A DNA stretch of 64,000 nt. Source: Octopus sinensis. Its lineage: Eukaryota. The translations under genes were made by a program, and so were the position numbers. The first letter of the stretch is position 1. Each line of letters starts with the position of its first letter. The DNA lies in the NCBI RefSeq assembly GCF_006345805.1, contig NC_043015.1, forward strand, positions 48,608,001-48,672,000, in the 5' to 3' direction. Positions 39,893-52,135 of the stretch are shown in pieces. Under the pieces are notes generated by a model. That model did not search any database, was not told the origin of the DNA, and saw nothing but the letters and a program-made list of their open reading frames with translations.

Positions 39893-40250
39893 ATCATCAT
39901 TTAGCATCTGCTTTCCAAGCTAGCATGGGTTGGACGGTTCAACTGGGGTCTGGGAAGCCAGAGGGCTGCACCAGGCCCAGTCTGATCTGGCAATGTTTCT
40001 ACGGCTGGATGCCCTTCCTGACGCCAACCACTCCGTGAGTGTAGTGGGTGCTTTTTACGTGCCACCAGCACAGGTGCCAGACGGAGCTGGCAAACGGCCA
40101 CGGTCGGATGGTGCTTTTTATGTGCCACCGGCATGGGGACCAGGCGAGGCTGGCAACGGCCACAATTGGATGGTGCTTTTTACGTGCCACCGGCACAGGG
40201 GCCAGGCGAGGCTGGCAATGGCCATGATCGGATGGTGCTTTTTACGTGTG
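39893..40250 (-). mobile_element. RTE-type LINE 3'UTR copy with internal tandem repeats
   Basis: (CAT)n on + strand then TTTAGCATCTGCTTTCCA...; similar copies at ~2015, 13615, 34985, 35943, 39060, 48140, 50255, 51080, 63780. Confidence 0.75.
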
Positions 40251-40266
40251 TGTATATATATATATA

Positions 40267-40604
40267 GGCACATGGCTCAGTGGTTAGAGCGTCGAGCTTA
40301 CGATCGTGAGATTGTGAGCTCGAATCCCGGACCGGGCTGCGTGTTGTGTTCTTGAGCAAGGCACTTTATTTCACGTTGCTCCAGTTCACTCAACTGTAGA
40401 AATGAGTTGCGACGTCACAGGTGCCAAGCTGTATCGGCCTTTGTCTTTCCCTTGGATAACACTGGTGGCGTGGAGAGGGGAGGCCGGTATGCATGGGCGA
40501 CTGCTAGCCTTCCATAAACAACCTTGCCCGGACTTGTGTCTAGGAGGGTAACTTTCTAGGTGCAATCCCATGGTCATTCATGACCGAAGTGGGTCTTTAC
40601 CCTT
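40267..40604 (+). mobile_element. SINE family C, full length
   Basis: GGCACATGGCTCAGTGGTTAGAGCG...GAGCTCGAATCCC tRNA-like head, then GTGTTCTTGAGCAAGGCACTT block. Confidence 0.88.
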
Positions 40605-41230
40605 TATATATATATATATATACACAGATAGTCTCATCTACCTTCTTTAGGCATTCAAATTCTCAACTTCACTCTCATAAAATTTACTTAGGAACATGTT
40701 GAATGGTGTAAGAGGGTAAATTAATTTGGGTAAAAGAAAAAAGCATACATGCCACTTTGAAAACATTCCATCATAAGCATGGTTGCTGCAGACTGAGCTT
40801 GAGCATAAGCAGCAAGTTCTGTGGAGCATAGGCCATTATGGTACCAGTAATAAAAGCAGGGAGAGGAGAAACACAGCATGCCTGTAGGATGGAGACTGGA
40901 GTGTGTTGGTGATTGGCCTCATGTCAATTAGTAGAGTGGCCATTCTAGGAATGCAGTGTTGGTAGGTGTCCGTGTTTCAAGTTGAAGCAGCAGCAACAAC
41001 AACAAATAAATGGAAAGGAGTAGAAATAAGATACAACAACAACACTATATATGAACAAATGCTCTTGTACAAATGCAGGAATGACCAGGGAATGAGTTGA
41101 AGTAGTGCCATTGTGTTGTCATTGGTTTAAATTCTTTGTATTGTTGTTGTTCTGATGCTTTTGTAAAACAGTGTTTGATGAACGATTGTGATTAGATATG
41201 TTGACTTATCGAATAAAATTACTTTTTCAG

Positions 41231-41311
41231 ATTAAAGTATCGAGCAGTAACAAGGGACCGTGGGATTTTTCTCAGCCAAGACTTCTTCAAGACTTGAGTG
41301 GAGAACACTCG
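41231..41311 (+). CDS. WDR44: WDR44 exon i (IKVSSSNKGPWDFSQPRLLQDLSGEHS)
   Basis: tttcAG acceptor, GTAATA donor, conserved KGP.DF and QDLSGEH. Confidence 0.93.
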
Positions 41312-43524
41312 GTAATATTAACATTATCTTTGCTCTGCTTATGATATTTTGAAGTCATGTTTCATGATTATTGTTATAATGTATGTGACCGCATGTGTAC
41401 CGTTGGTGATTTTTTTTTCCTCTGTCTTCCCTTCTCCTATGTTTCCGACGAAGAGCTCCGCTCAAAACGTTAAACCCTCCTTCTTTCCTGAGCGTCCAAT
41501 TATGCTATATTTGTTCCACGTCCTTGCGTTGTTGTGTTTTTTTGGTGCTTTCATGTTTGGATTAACTTTATATATAACCTTGCACATGTTTCCTGCAATG
41601 AGACCTTAGAAAGATCATTGCATCCATATTCCATGCTGGCATTGGTTGGATGGTTTGGCAGGATCTGATGGGCCCAAGGACTGCACTCGGTTCCAATATC
41701 AACTTCCAAGGCGGCAAGCTGGGCAAAATGCTTAGCGGTATTTCGTCTGTCTTTACATTCTGAGTTCAAATTTTGCCAAGTTCAACTTTGCCTTTCATCC
41801 TTTCAGGGTCAATAAATCAAGTACCAGTTGTGTACTGGGGTCGATCCAATCGACTAGCCTCCTCCCCCAAAATGTTGGGCCTTCTGCCTTGAGTAGAAAA
41901 GAATATCTACTTTGGCATGGTTTCTATGACTGGATGCCCTTCCTAATGCCAACCAATTTAAAGAGTAGACTATGTGCTTTTTACATGGCACCAGCACATT
42001 CTGTTTTGGCCTGGTTTCTTGGATTGGATGCCCTTCGCTATGCCAACCACTTTACAGTGGTGCTGGATGCTTTTTTCCATGCCACAGCACTATTAAAGTC
42101 ACTATGCAGCTTGCAAGACTTTGAACCCCATTGGGTTCAGGGAGCCATCTTTATGCTAGGGGTCAAGGGTTTAAAGTATGAGAGATGTAGAGCTGGTTCT
42201 TTTAGAGGCGCACCATGGCTTCTCAAATTTTGTAGGCGAAGGAGAGAAAGATCTGTAGGAGTTGCAAAGAGATAGACAGTAGTGGTGAGGTGTCAAGGTG
42301 GTCCTTTGAGAAAAGGGAGTGAGTAGAAATGGGTGGGGTGGGGTGGGGGCTGCATGATTTATGGGGGAGCAGGAGATAAGGGAATGGGGAGGCCAACTGT
42401 AAAAACTGGGTGGGGTTAGAGGATGGATGACTGATGAATCATGAATCAGGAAAGGTAGAAGAAAGCAAAAGAAAGTGATGGGGTGGGAGAGGCAGGTATA
42501 GTGCATGATGCAAGGTAGATGGGAAGGGGAAAATGAACAGAAGCTGATACAAAACATCAGTATTTTGTGACTATTTTAGCATCGTAATATAAACTATTAG
42601 TGGAGATGCATGGCTTAGTGGTTAGGGGTGTTAGACTCATGGTTGTAAGATTGTGGTTTTGATTCCTGGACCAGGCGATGCATTGTGTTTTTTGGGGCAA
42701 AATGCTTCATTTCCTGTCACTCCAGTTCACTTAATTGGTAAAAATGAGTAAAACTGCAATGGGCCAGCTTTCCATCCAGGGAGGAATATATAAGCCAGGA
42801 ACACTGAGAAACCAGCTCAATGCCCTTCACGGTGTGAATGTGGACTAATGATTATGCATTTTGTTTTTGGGCAAAACACTTCATTTCATGTTGCTCCAGT
42901 CCATTCAACTGGTAAAAATGAGTAATCCTGGAATGAACCAGCATTCCATCCAGGGTGGGGAATGTATATTCCACAGAATCTGGGAAACCAGTCTTATGAA
43001 CTTATGGCTCTGGAAGGATCTTCAATCCATTTTGATATGAAACACAGAGAATTTTTGTTAGGGTAGTCAACATGGAATTGAAAATGTGATCAATTTGTTT
43101 GCTTAAAGTACCTAGAGATTGAAAGAGCAGAGGTAGTTGAGTGATACATTAAACACGGACTAGATGATGGAGCAGAGACTGTGATAGTTGGATACTGGAA
43201 TAGAAGGGGCAGAATTTTTGACTTGATAGCTTTGTATATTTTTCTGAGTCATCACAATCATTTTTGAAAGTTGAATGTGGAAACCAAGACTGATGGTTTT
43301 TGTGTTAACTACAATAACAACCTTCCAGAGTAGCCTAGCTAGAAGTCATTTGTGTCAAACGGTCTGTTTTCTGAGGTGATACTTCAGTTACAAAACAATG
43401 AAGATTAGAAAGTCTCTCATGCTGATAAGTGCTGATTCAGGCCTTTGTCCTAGCTGTCAGTAAACCTCAATTAAGAATCTTTCCTACAAGTGCCCTCCAA
43501 CAATCAATGGTATTATCAAGAAAA

Positions 43525-43752
43525 GGCGAGCTAGCAGAAGCGTTAGCACACCGAGCGAAATGCTTTGCGGTACTTTGTCTGCCGTTACGTTGTGAGTTCA
43601 AATTCCGCCGAGGTCGACTTTGCCTTTCATCCTTTCGGGGTCGATAAATTAAGTACCAGTTATGCACTGGGGTCGATGTAATCGACATAATACCTATGTC
43701 TGTCCTTGTTTGTCCCCTCTATGTTTAGCCCCTTGTGGGTAATAAAGAAATA
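43525..43752 (+). mobile_element. SINE family B, full length, 16-bp TSD
   Basis: TSD GGTATTATCAAGAAAA at 43509-43524 and 43753-43768. Confidence 0.9.
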
Positions 43753-44003
43753 GGTATTATCAAGAAAAAAAGGGCTTTCTTGTCTTCCCACTGGAGACTT
43801 CCTTATCAGCCTAAGCACTTCAATAATGCAAGTACCCTAGAACCATGAGATGGTGTTAAACCTATTGCTATCATATTTTCTCTTGGCATCAACTCTAGAG
43901 AGGGTAACTTATAAAATGTTATGGGTACCAACGCTCATAGTTGTACCAAGAGAAATCTCTCCTGAGTTTCAGCCACAGAAACAAAACTAGCAGCAAAAAA
44001 AAA

Positions 44004-44428
44004 GGATCTTTTCGGTTTGAACAGCAGTTTTTTTCTAGTGGTGTCATATGAAATTGTCACCCATAATTATGACCCTAGAATCGATCTATTGCATTTCAAT
44101 CTGTTTTAGGGTTAGGGTTAGGGGTGGGGGGAAGGGTATCTTTTTTTTCTTCACAAATGTAAATAAACCCAATCTGTTTCTTAAACGAGGGACATATTCA
44201 TACGGCACAGAATGTTTTTTTTTTACCTCAATAGACGTCATTGATTGCTTGAAATTGCAGAAATTGAAGAAGAAAAACAACAAATATCTTAGAAACTATA
44301 GAATTTTCTCAATAAAAACCAAGAGAAAAAGATGTTTTATAAACACATTCTACCAGCATACGAAGTTTAAAATTTTTTAGTTACCTAGAAATTATGTTAA
44401 AAAACTGCCGTTCAAACCGAAAAGATCC
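44004..44428. mobile_element. 425-bp MITE with 30-bp TIRs in a poly-A tract
   Basis: GGATCTTTTCGGTTTGAACAGCAGTTTTTT ... AAAAAACTGCCGTTCAAACCGAAAAGATCC. Confidence 0.85.
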
Positions 44429-44781
44429 AAAAAAAAAGAAAAAAGCGAAAGCGAAAGGATATGGAAGAAAGGTCTGTGTTTAGGATCATGGCTGTATTGT
44501 AGCAAAGGTAAGTAATGTTCTACATAATTCAAATGTTTAACAAATTGTCTTTTTTCACAACTTTTAAATTGTTTCTAGGATGGTATTGTTAAAAATATCT
44601 TTGGAATATACATGCAGAGATTATAAATGCTATAATTACTATCAATACAGAGTATCCAGACTAAATTTGATGATTATTTTTATGTCTCCTTTTTTCAGGA
44701 ACTGCTGGATGTATTGGTGAACAGTCAACAGCGTTGGAGAGCATAAAGACTGAAGTTGTAATTCAGAAAAAATTAGCTGAC

Positions 44782-45955
44782 ATGGTGGACTGGAAGCCAT
44801 TTGGATATTGGGAAGGCGTTACCTGTGTCCTGATGATTTGCGTTGGGTGTCGAAATACCAACACCATGATTGCTTCCTAATGCTTTGTGAACACTGCAAA
44901 GGACTATAACATAACGTGAACAGCTGCAGCAGAGACAACAAAGCTGTGGTTAGCAAGAAGAGACACAGCTGGCATTCTGACTGCATCTGCATGCTGGTGT
45001 TCATCCAACAATTGCAGAAGAGGATGATAGAAGATCCAAGCAAGGGAATCCAGCTTTTGGCCAGAGAGCTGGGTGTTGGAGTCACCACCATGAAGCTCAC
45101 CCTGAATGAGGACCTTCACTACCACTCATACAAGAGGGGCAAGGGACAAATTCCGACAGACAAGGCCAAGGAGAGCTGCTTGACGAAGGCAAAGAAACTC
45201 CTGAACTAGCTGAGGCATCCTGTTGAGCCAGGGATGATCTGGTTCTTCTCAGATGAAAAGAACTTCTGCCAGGACCAGTTGCACAACATCCAGATTACCT
45301 ACAATTCATGTGATGTCCCACTTATCAGGAAAACCAAGTTGCCCCAAACTGTGCTGGTCTTTGTATGTGTCCCTAGTAAGGGTGATGTCATGTCTCAAAA
45401 ACCCTTTGAACAGGGCTGTGTAGACTCAATTCAGGTAGCTATGTGAAGCTGCTGGAGACTGGTCAATCCCTGGCTGGAGAGAATTGCTGCTGGATCACTA
45501 TATGTGTGGCAGCAGGATTTGGCTCTTTGCCATACCTCTGGAAAGAGATAGAAGTAGTTGCCAAGAGAACTTCTATTGAAAATGATCTATTCAGATCACT
45601 GCTGTTTAGATTTCTTACCCATGCATATACTGAACCTCTTTCAATCCTATTTCCTATGGATTATTATGTGTGGAGCAAAGTAAAGAAAGACAGCAGCTAC
45701 TCTGCCTGCAACATTTATGTCAAGCTGGAGGCTAAGATCTTCCCAGGGATACAATGAGGAATGCATGTGTCAGGTTCTGCAGCTGTCTTGAGGCCATGGT
45801 GTAAGCTGAGGGCAGCTACTTTGAGTAAACTGTTATATCCCAGCCATAATCTAGTTGATATTTTTTTATTATTTTAAAAATACTTCTATTTTTGGATGGG
45901 ACGTGTTTTCTTTTCTTTTTTATGCAAACTGTCAAATTTATTCCAAACACGTATA
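44782..45955 (+). mobile_element. Decayed Tc1/mariner-superfamily (maT/DD37D-like) transposase
   Basis: EDPSKGIQLLARELGV, WFFSDEKNF, KTKLPQTVLVF, QQDLALCH, PMDYYVW; stops and frameshifts. Confidence 0.85.
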
Positions 45956-46631
45956 TTTGTGCCATAGAAGGAAAGGATGGAGGAAGTGCAAGAGAGGAAG
46001 AGAAGCAAGTAACAGGAGATGGTAGAGGACTACCACAAGAATGGGTAAAGAACAAGATATTTGCTGGTGGAGATTGGCAATCAAGGATGAAGCTTACTGA
46101 AGAACAGTTATCAGGAACAGCGTAAAGGTTGCTGAGAAAGTGTGTAGAGGGTTTGGGTTGAAAAAAGGTGATTGATGCTGTCAGTAGGAAACCACTTGGA
46201 CACTGACCTTGGTTTGATCAACCTCGGTCAGGTTGCCTGGACAAGGGTGTATGTTGTAAGGCCTGAAACACCAAGCCCAGTGACGACTCTAGGACATAAC
46301 ACTGACAATGGTGTCTAAGCACTGCATCTGTAGATGAATATTGAACCTGTTAATATTATTGTGTTTGGGTGAGGCAGTGAGCTGGCAGAACTGTTTAGCA
46401 GCATTTTGTTTATCTTTACATTCTGAGTTCAAATTTTGTCAGGGTCAACTTTGTCTTTCATCCTTTAGGGGTTGACAACATAAGTACCAGTTGAGTACTG
46501 AGGTCAATGTAATCAACTTAAACACCCTTCCGAAATTGCTGACCTTGTGCCAAAATTTGAACCCAATATTATCACTTTTGAATATTTTCATGGAGTTCAT
46601 CTTGTTTTCATAAATTTTATTCTGTTTATAG

Positions 46632-46676
46632 AATGCAATCTGGACCATGAAATTCTCGCCTTGTGGACGATTACTG
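46632..46676 (+). CDS. WDR44: WDR44 exon j, 45 nt (NAIWTMKFSPCGRLL), first WD40 repeat
   Basis: ttatAG acceptor, GTGAGT donor, WTMKFS.CGRLL motif. Confidence 0.93.
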
Positions 46677-46784
46677 GTGAGTATTTTTCATTGATTACAA
46701 AATTTTAGAAGACAAATGTAGAGTTTATCATTAATATTTCATTTTCCAAGTAACAAATGTTATATCTTTTGGCTGAAGCTCTTG

Positions 46785-47151
46785 TTACTTCCGCCTTAGC
46801 GAAGTCAGAGGTATTGTTTTCAGTTGTGTTTGTTTGTTTGTCCATGGACAAGATATCTCAAGAACCACTGGATGGATTTAGATGAAACTTTCAGGGATGT
46901 TTGGCCTCATGACTGGCACGAACTGATTAGATTTTGGGATCAATCTGGTACCGGACATGGATTCTGGATTATTTTTCTGTTTTTTTTTACTTAATTTTTG
47001 AGAGTGGTCAGGTTCATTTTTAGTATTCCTGTTTGTGAGAGCAGTCAAATTTATTTCAGATATTCTCATTTTAAAAATCATCTCTGGCTAATTGTTGAGA
47101 GGACATTGGTGTTGCCTTGGCCAAGGTTTGTGCTCTCTGAGTGTGCTTGTT
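46785..47151 (+). mobile_element. Helentron-type non-autonomous element (HINE-like)
   Basis: 5' TTACTTCCGCCTTAG, subterminal inverted GCCTTGGCCAAGG, 3' short hairpin GTGCTCTCTGAGTGT, T-rich flank. Confidence 0.7.
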
Positions 47152-47752
47152 AAATATTATAATTATTTGTAGTTCCTTAATATGTTAGCATGTTGGGCAA
47201 AATGCTTAGTGGCATTTCCTCTGGCTCTCTACATTCTGAGTTCAAATTCGTTGAGGTTGATTTTGTCTTTCATCCTTCCAGGTCAATAAACTAAGCACTG
47301 GTTAAGCACAGGGGTGGATGTAATTGGTTAGATCCCTCCTCCAAAATTAAGGAGTTCCAGTTGCCAAGATTTCCTTAAAGATTGTTTAGTCAGCATTATC
47401 ATCAGCTGTCATATAAAAATGAAAGATACTATTAAGTGCCGAATCTTTTGGCTACATTGATCAGAGTCACATAAAACTGAGAGAACACTGTAATATTGAT
47501 GTCACTTTTTAACACTGCAAACTCCTAGTCATATATCTTAGAAAGTTGTCCTTTATCAAGATTTTTAAAAAATTGAAAATGATCTATTCAGATCACAATA
47601 TAATACACTGCTGTTTAGATTTTTTACCCAACCCTATACTAAATCTCTTCCAAAACTCCACATCAAACATTACATGCAACCCTGAATTCTAAGGATTGCT
47701 ACCTTTTAGATTTCCCTTCCTATATACTTTACAACACCTTCCAGTTTTTCCT

Positions 47753-47935
47753 GTTGCGGATCCGTGGAATAAGCTGCCGGACGAGATGGTGAAGATGCCG
47801 ATGACCGCTTGGTTCAAAGTCTCCCTTGACCACAAGTGGCCTGAACTCTTTACATGAACACCACCCTGTACATAACTCCATGTCCCCCTACATGGCCTTG
47901 CCTTTTTGCTTTTTGAAGCAAAAAATTAACTAACT
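47753..47935 (+). mobile_element. 3' end of the CR1-type LINE family found at 53055-56130
   Basis: GTTGCGGATCCGTGGAATAAGCTGCC...TTAACTAAC nearly matches ~55941-56120. Confidence 0.9.
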
Positions 47936-48527
47936 TTCTCTCCTTTCTGAACTAACTTTCTCTGCCTTTCTTTAATGAACCAAATATTAAATAACCAATT
48001 TCAAAAACATCAAAGAATGCTCTTGTTACTATATTTCTGTTGGAATTCACTGCTTTTAATACAATACGTAATATACTGTCTTTGTTTCAATCGATTCTAA
48101 AAACAATGAAGAATTTACTAAAGCAGGTATTTGGAACATACATCATCATCATCATTTAACGTCCGCTTTCCATGCTAGCATGGGTTGGACGATTTTGACT
48201 GAGGGCTGGCGAACCAGATGGCTGCACCAGGCTCCAGTCTTGATTTGGCAGAGTTTCTACAGCTGGATGCCCTTCCTAACGCCAACCACTCCAAGAGTGT
48301 AGTGGGTGCTTTTTACGTGCCACTGGCACGGGAGCCAGTCAGGCGGTACTGGCAATGACCTCGCTCGAATCCTTTTATACATGCCACCAGCACAGGTGCC
48401 AGAAGGCGACTTTGGTAACGATCACGCTCGAATGGCGCCCTTTTATGTGCCCACTGGCATGGAAGTCAGTTGGCTGCTCTGGCAACGATCACGCTCGGAA
48501 ATTTTAATGAAAGCTTTTAATCTACCA

Positions 48528-48757
48528 TTAACCCTTTAGCATTTAAACCAGTCATATCCAGCCAAAATATTCTTCCTGCTTTATGTTCAAACTGACCTAA
48601 TCCAGCCTTTCACACCTACCCTATAATGTTAGCCCCAAAAAATATGCAGTCACTCAATCAAAATCTCAAGGCTGCAAGAGAGTACCTTCTTAATTGAAAA
48701 TGATGTGAATAAATAAACTTTACATTTGATAGAATAATCTGAATGCTAAGGGGTTAA
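48528..48757. mobile_element. TTAA MITE family 2 (CCCTTTAGCA...TGCTAAAGGG ends)
   Basis: TTAA at both ends plus TIRs; relatives at 32945-33350, 60217-60669, 63156-63381. Confidence 0.8.
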
Positions 48758-48863
48758 GCATTTTGCTCAACTTGCCAATGATTCTACCAACTTGCTGTCT
48801 TTCCTTCTGACTAATCTATATAGAAAAACTTATTTTTTAACATTTTTCCTGTCTTGTGTATAA

Positions 48864-49170
48864 TCTTTATATATAAAATTTAAGTTGTGTGTGTGAGACT
48901 CTGTCTCCTCCAATTTAGATTCCTAACTACTCCCACATTTTGCGGTGCAGTTTAACCAAAAGCAGGTATCTTATAGTCGTCATTCATATCGAGCCCTTCT
49001 GGGTATTAGCACGCGTCTACGATGAGTCTACGATTAAAAAAAAAATTTACCATCATTTTTTCGCATTTTTAATGATTTTTGCTCGGGTTATATAAGGGAA
49101 GTAACTCTCTAAAAATGCTTATATAGTTATTTCCCTTACAAACCCGAGCAACGCCAGGTGATACTGCTAG
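48864..49170 (+). mobile_element. Non-autonomous Helitron
   Basis: A|TC 5' end (TCTTTATATATAAAA), imperfect hairpin CCCGAGCAACGCCAGG, CTAG 3' end. Confidence 0.7.
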
Positions 49171-49464
49171 ACAGGACATATTTCTCTGGCTTCCATGTGT
49201 CATATATGATACACATTCTCAGTGCTTTTTCGACTATCAGAGTAACTTGGGACTTATAAAAGGGGAAGTCTTGTATTACTCAGAGCACATGAAATGAAGG
49301 CTGACTAAAAGTTTTTAAACAAGTATGGACATTTAGAACTAACTTATGAAAAGGCTTTGGACAGGCAAAGGGTGAATTCCAAGGGTTTGTTTCCAATTTG
49401 TATTGTTGACAGATTGTAAATATTGTCAAGAAATATCAAAGATTATTACCTCAAAATAATTGTA

Positions 49465-49833
49465 AACAAGAGCACTCAGAGAGCACAAACCTCCGCCAAG
49501 GCAACACAAACGTCCTCTCAGTGATTAGCCGGAACTGATTTTTAAAATGAGAATATCTGAAATAAACTTGGCTGCTCTCACAAACGAGAATACTAAAAAT
49601 GAGCCTGACCGCTCTCAAAAATTAAGTAGAAAAAAAAAAAAAAAAAAATAATCCAGAATCCTTGTCCAGTACTGGATTGATCCTAAAATCTAATCAGTCC
49701 GTGCCTGTCATGAGGCCAAACATCTCTGAAAGTTTCATCTGAATCGATTCAGCAGTTCTTGAGATATCTTATCCACGGACAAACAAGCACAACTGAAAAC
49801 AATACTTTCACCTTCGATAAGGCAGAGGTAATA
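49465..49833 (-). mobile_element. Helentron-type non-autonomous element, inverted copy of 46785-47151
   Basis: Reverse complement aligns along the full length with 46785-47151. Confidence 0.75.
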
Positions 49834-49914
49834 AAAAAATGGTTTTAATGATTTTTTTTCAAAGAATTTTTCAAATTTAAGAATTATCTCAAATATCTTG
49901 TCTTAAAATTTCAG

Positions 49915-50002
49915 GCTACTGGCGGGCAAGACAGTGTTCTGAGAATTTGGATTCTAAAAAATGCCTATCTTTATTTCGAAGATTTGGGTCAAAAGTATGC
50001 AG
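49915..50002 (+). CDS. WDR44: WDR44 exon k (ATGGQDSVLRIWILKNAYLYFEDLGQKYA)
   Basis: ttcAG acceptor, GTGTGT donor, GQD.V.RIW.LKNA motif; ends phase 1. Confidence 0.93.
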
Positions 50003-50584
50003 GTGTGTTATTCTTTTATTCTTACTTACTGGTTTCAGCAAGGGATTAGTCAATGATATTGAACCCATTATTTAGTCTGTTCATCCTTTTATTAGTCTCT
50101 ATTTATTGAACAGCTGAGTTGATCTGAAGTTATGGCTCTTTCTGAAAAGCCAGTCACCTGTCAACAGAGGAGTAGATATCATAAGGAAGTTACACTGGTG
50201 TACACACACACACACACACAGATATGATCACACATATGCATACACATTCATGCATCATCATCATCATCATTTAGCATCTGTGTTCCATGCTGGCATGGGT
50301 TAGATGGTTTGACCGGAACTTGTAAGCTGGAGAGCTGCACCGGGTTCCAGTCTGATTTCGCATGGTTTCTACAGCTGGATGCCCTTCCTAATGCCAACCA
50401 CTCCAAGAGTGTAATGGGTGCTTTTTACATGCCACTGCAATGGGTGCATTTATGTGCCACCAGCATGGGTGCCGCTCATGTGACACTGGCATCGGCCACA
50501 ACTATGATTTCACTTTGCATGCACATACATGTACACATACACATACATACACACATATACATGCACATGCACACACACACACAC

Positions 50585-50960
50585 ACAAGGTTTGGCCAAA
50601 AGGAAACTGAACTTTTCAAAGCAACAAATTAATTCTCGTACTTCTCAATTTAATCCACATGTTCCCTACAGACACCGTTGTTGATAACCTGTTCCCAGTT
50701 TTTTTTTTCCCCCTTTTTCCATCTTTGGAATGCAATTCCAGGAATTTTTTATAGTTCTTGGAATGAATTTTCTTCAATTGTCTAAATTCAGGGATCGCTT
50801 GGAATGTATTTTAATTTTGGGAGCAAAAACATACTCAGCAGGAGACAAATCTGAAGAGAAAGGCCATTGGGGACTGGTAGTGATCTTGTGATTTACCAAA
50901 AACAGTCGTGTATGATGAATGAAGTATGAGTAAGGGCCTCTTTTGTGATGTAACATTCAG
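50585..50960 (-). mobile_element. Mariner transposase C-terminal relic
   Basis: LHH...LFLVNHKITTSPQWPFSSDLSPAEY resembles the mariner PPYSPDLAP.D region. Confidence 0.65.
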
Positions 50961-51076
50961 GTTTTGTGGTACAATCCTTACTCCTAACCTAACCTCTTAC
51001 TCCACACTGGTCCCTCTCAAATGCTTCAAGACTTTTAAAGGTTTCTTAAATCTACATTTTATTATCTAAAGTATTG

Positions 51077-51107
<31 letters not shown>

Positions 51108-51614
51108 TTAGCATCCGTTTTCCATGCTAGCATGGGTTGGACAGTTCAACTGGGGTCTGTGAAGCTGGAAGGCTGCATCAGGCCCAGTCAGATCTGGCAG
51201 TGTTTCTACGGCTGGATGCCCTTCCTAACACCAACCACTCTGTGAGTGTAGTGGGTGCTTTTTACGTGCCACCCACACAGGTGCCAGACGGAGCTGGCAA
51301 ACAGCCACGAACGGATGGTGCTTTTACGTGCCACCAGCACGGGGGCCAGGCGAGGCTGGCAACGGACACGAACGGATGGTGCTTTTAAATTAATTTGTAT
51401 TCTCTGATTATTGGAATGGTGCATGGCTCAGTGGTTAGAGCATCAGGTTCACAATCATGAGGTAGTGAGTTCAATTCCCAGACTGATCTGTGTTGTGTTT
51501 TTGTGCAAGACACTTTTATTTCATGTTGCTCCAGTTCACTGAGCTGTAGAAACGAGTGGCAACATCACTGGTCTTTACCCTTTTTCACTTAGATTAATTA
51601 ATTAATACATCAAT

Positions 51615-52035
51615 CCATCTTTTCTACCCATGTTTCCTGAGAAGGTTACAGGGATAGACTCCTCAGGTGTCTTGTCCATAGGGTCCTACCAGGAGCGACC
51701 ATCATTAGACTTTGTGCATGGATTCCCAAGGGTGACTAACTGAGACTATGGTTACTACCCAATCATCTCATTCTTGGTCTGCCCCTAGGTCTCCTGCCTA
51801 CGTCTCAGGCTTGGTTTGAAGAATCTGTCTCGTGATTCTCTCCTGCGACATTCTAATCGCATTCATAGTATCAGGGCTGTGACCTCTCAAAGTGGAGAAG
51901 TGGCAGTTCAACCTGGAGAGACATCCTGATCTCCAAGCTATGCTCCCCATCAAGTAACATTGCACCAGAGATCCTTCAGAGGAACCCCAGTTTTAACCAC
52001 TTGTATTTGTGACCATACTCTCTTGGTCATCGGGA
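51615..52035 (-). mobile_element. Decayed RTE-type LINE 3' fragment
   Basis: Minus-strand GRRPRGRPRMR.W-like motif with upstream FLRRI-like segment; related piece at ~58370-58570. Confidence 0.6.
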
Positions 52036-52135
52036 CGAAAACTGAATTAATACATCTAAATTAATTTCATACATTTTTCTAACACTTAAGTCTAATATTA
52101 AGAAATCAAACATTGACAAACAAGTTAAAAAACTT

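Noticed and set aside
40267-40340. tRNA gene-like sequences at SINE heads (also 58821, 38492)
   Set aside because: They continue into shared SINE bodies, several have TSDs, and I cannot fold a complete cloverleaf.
44107-44124. Interstitial telomere
   Set aside because: Only three hexamers, internal to a MITE.
44459-44880. Apparent nested spliced ORF (GTAAGT donor at 44508, ttttcAG acceptor at 44698, frame stays open)
   Set aside because: The downstream part from 44782 reads as the N-terminus of the decayed transposase, I recognise no protein, and no start exon is evident; needs RNA evidence.
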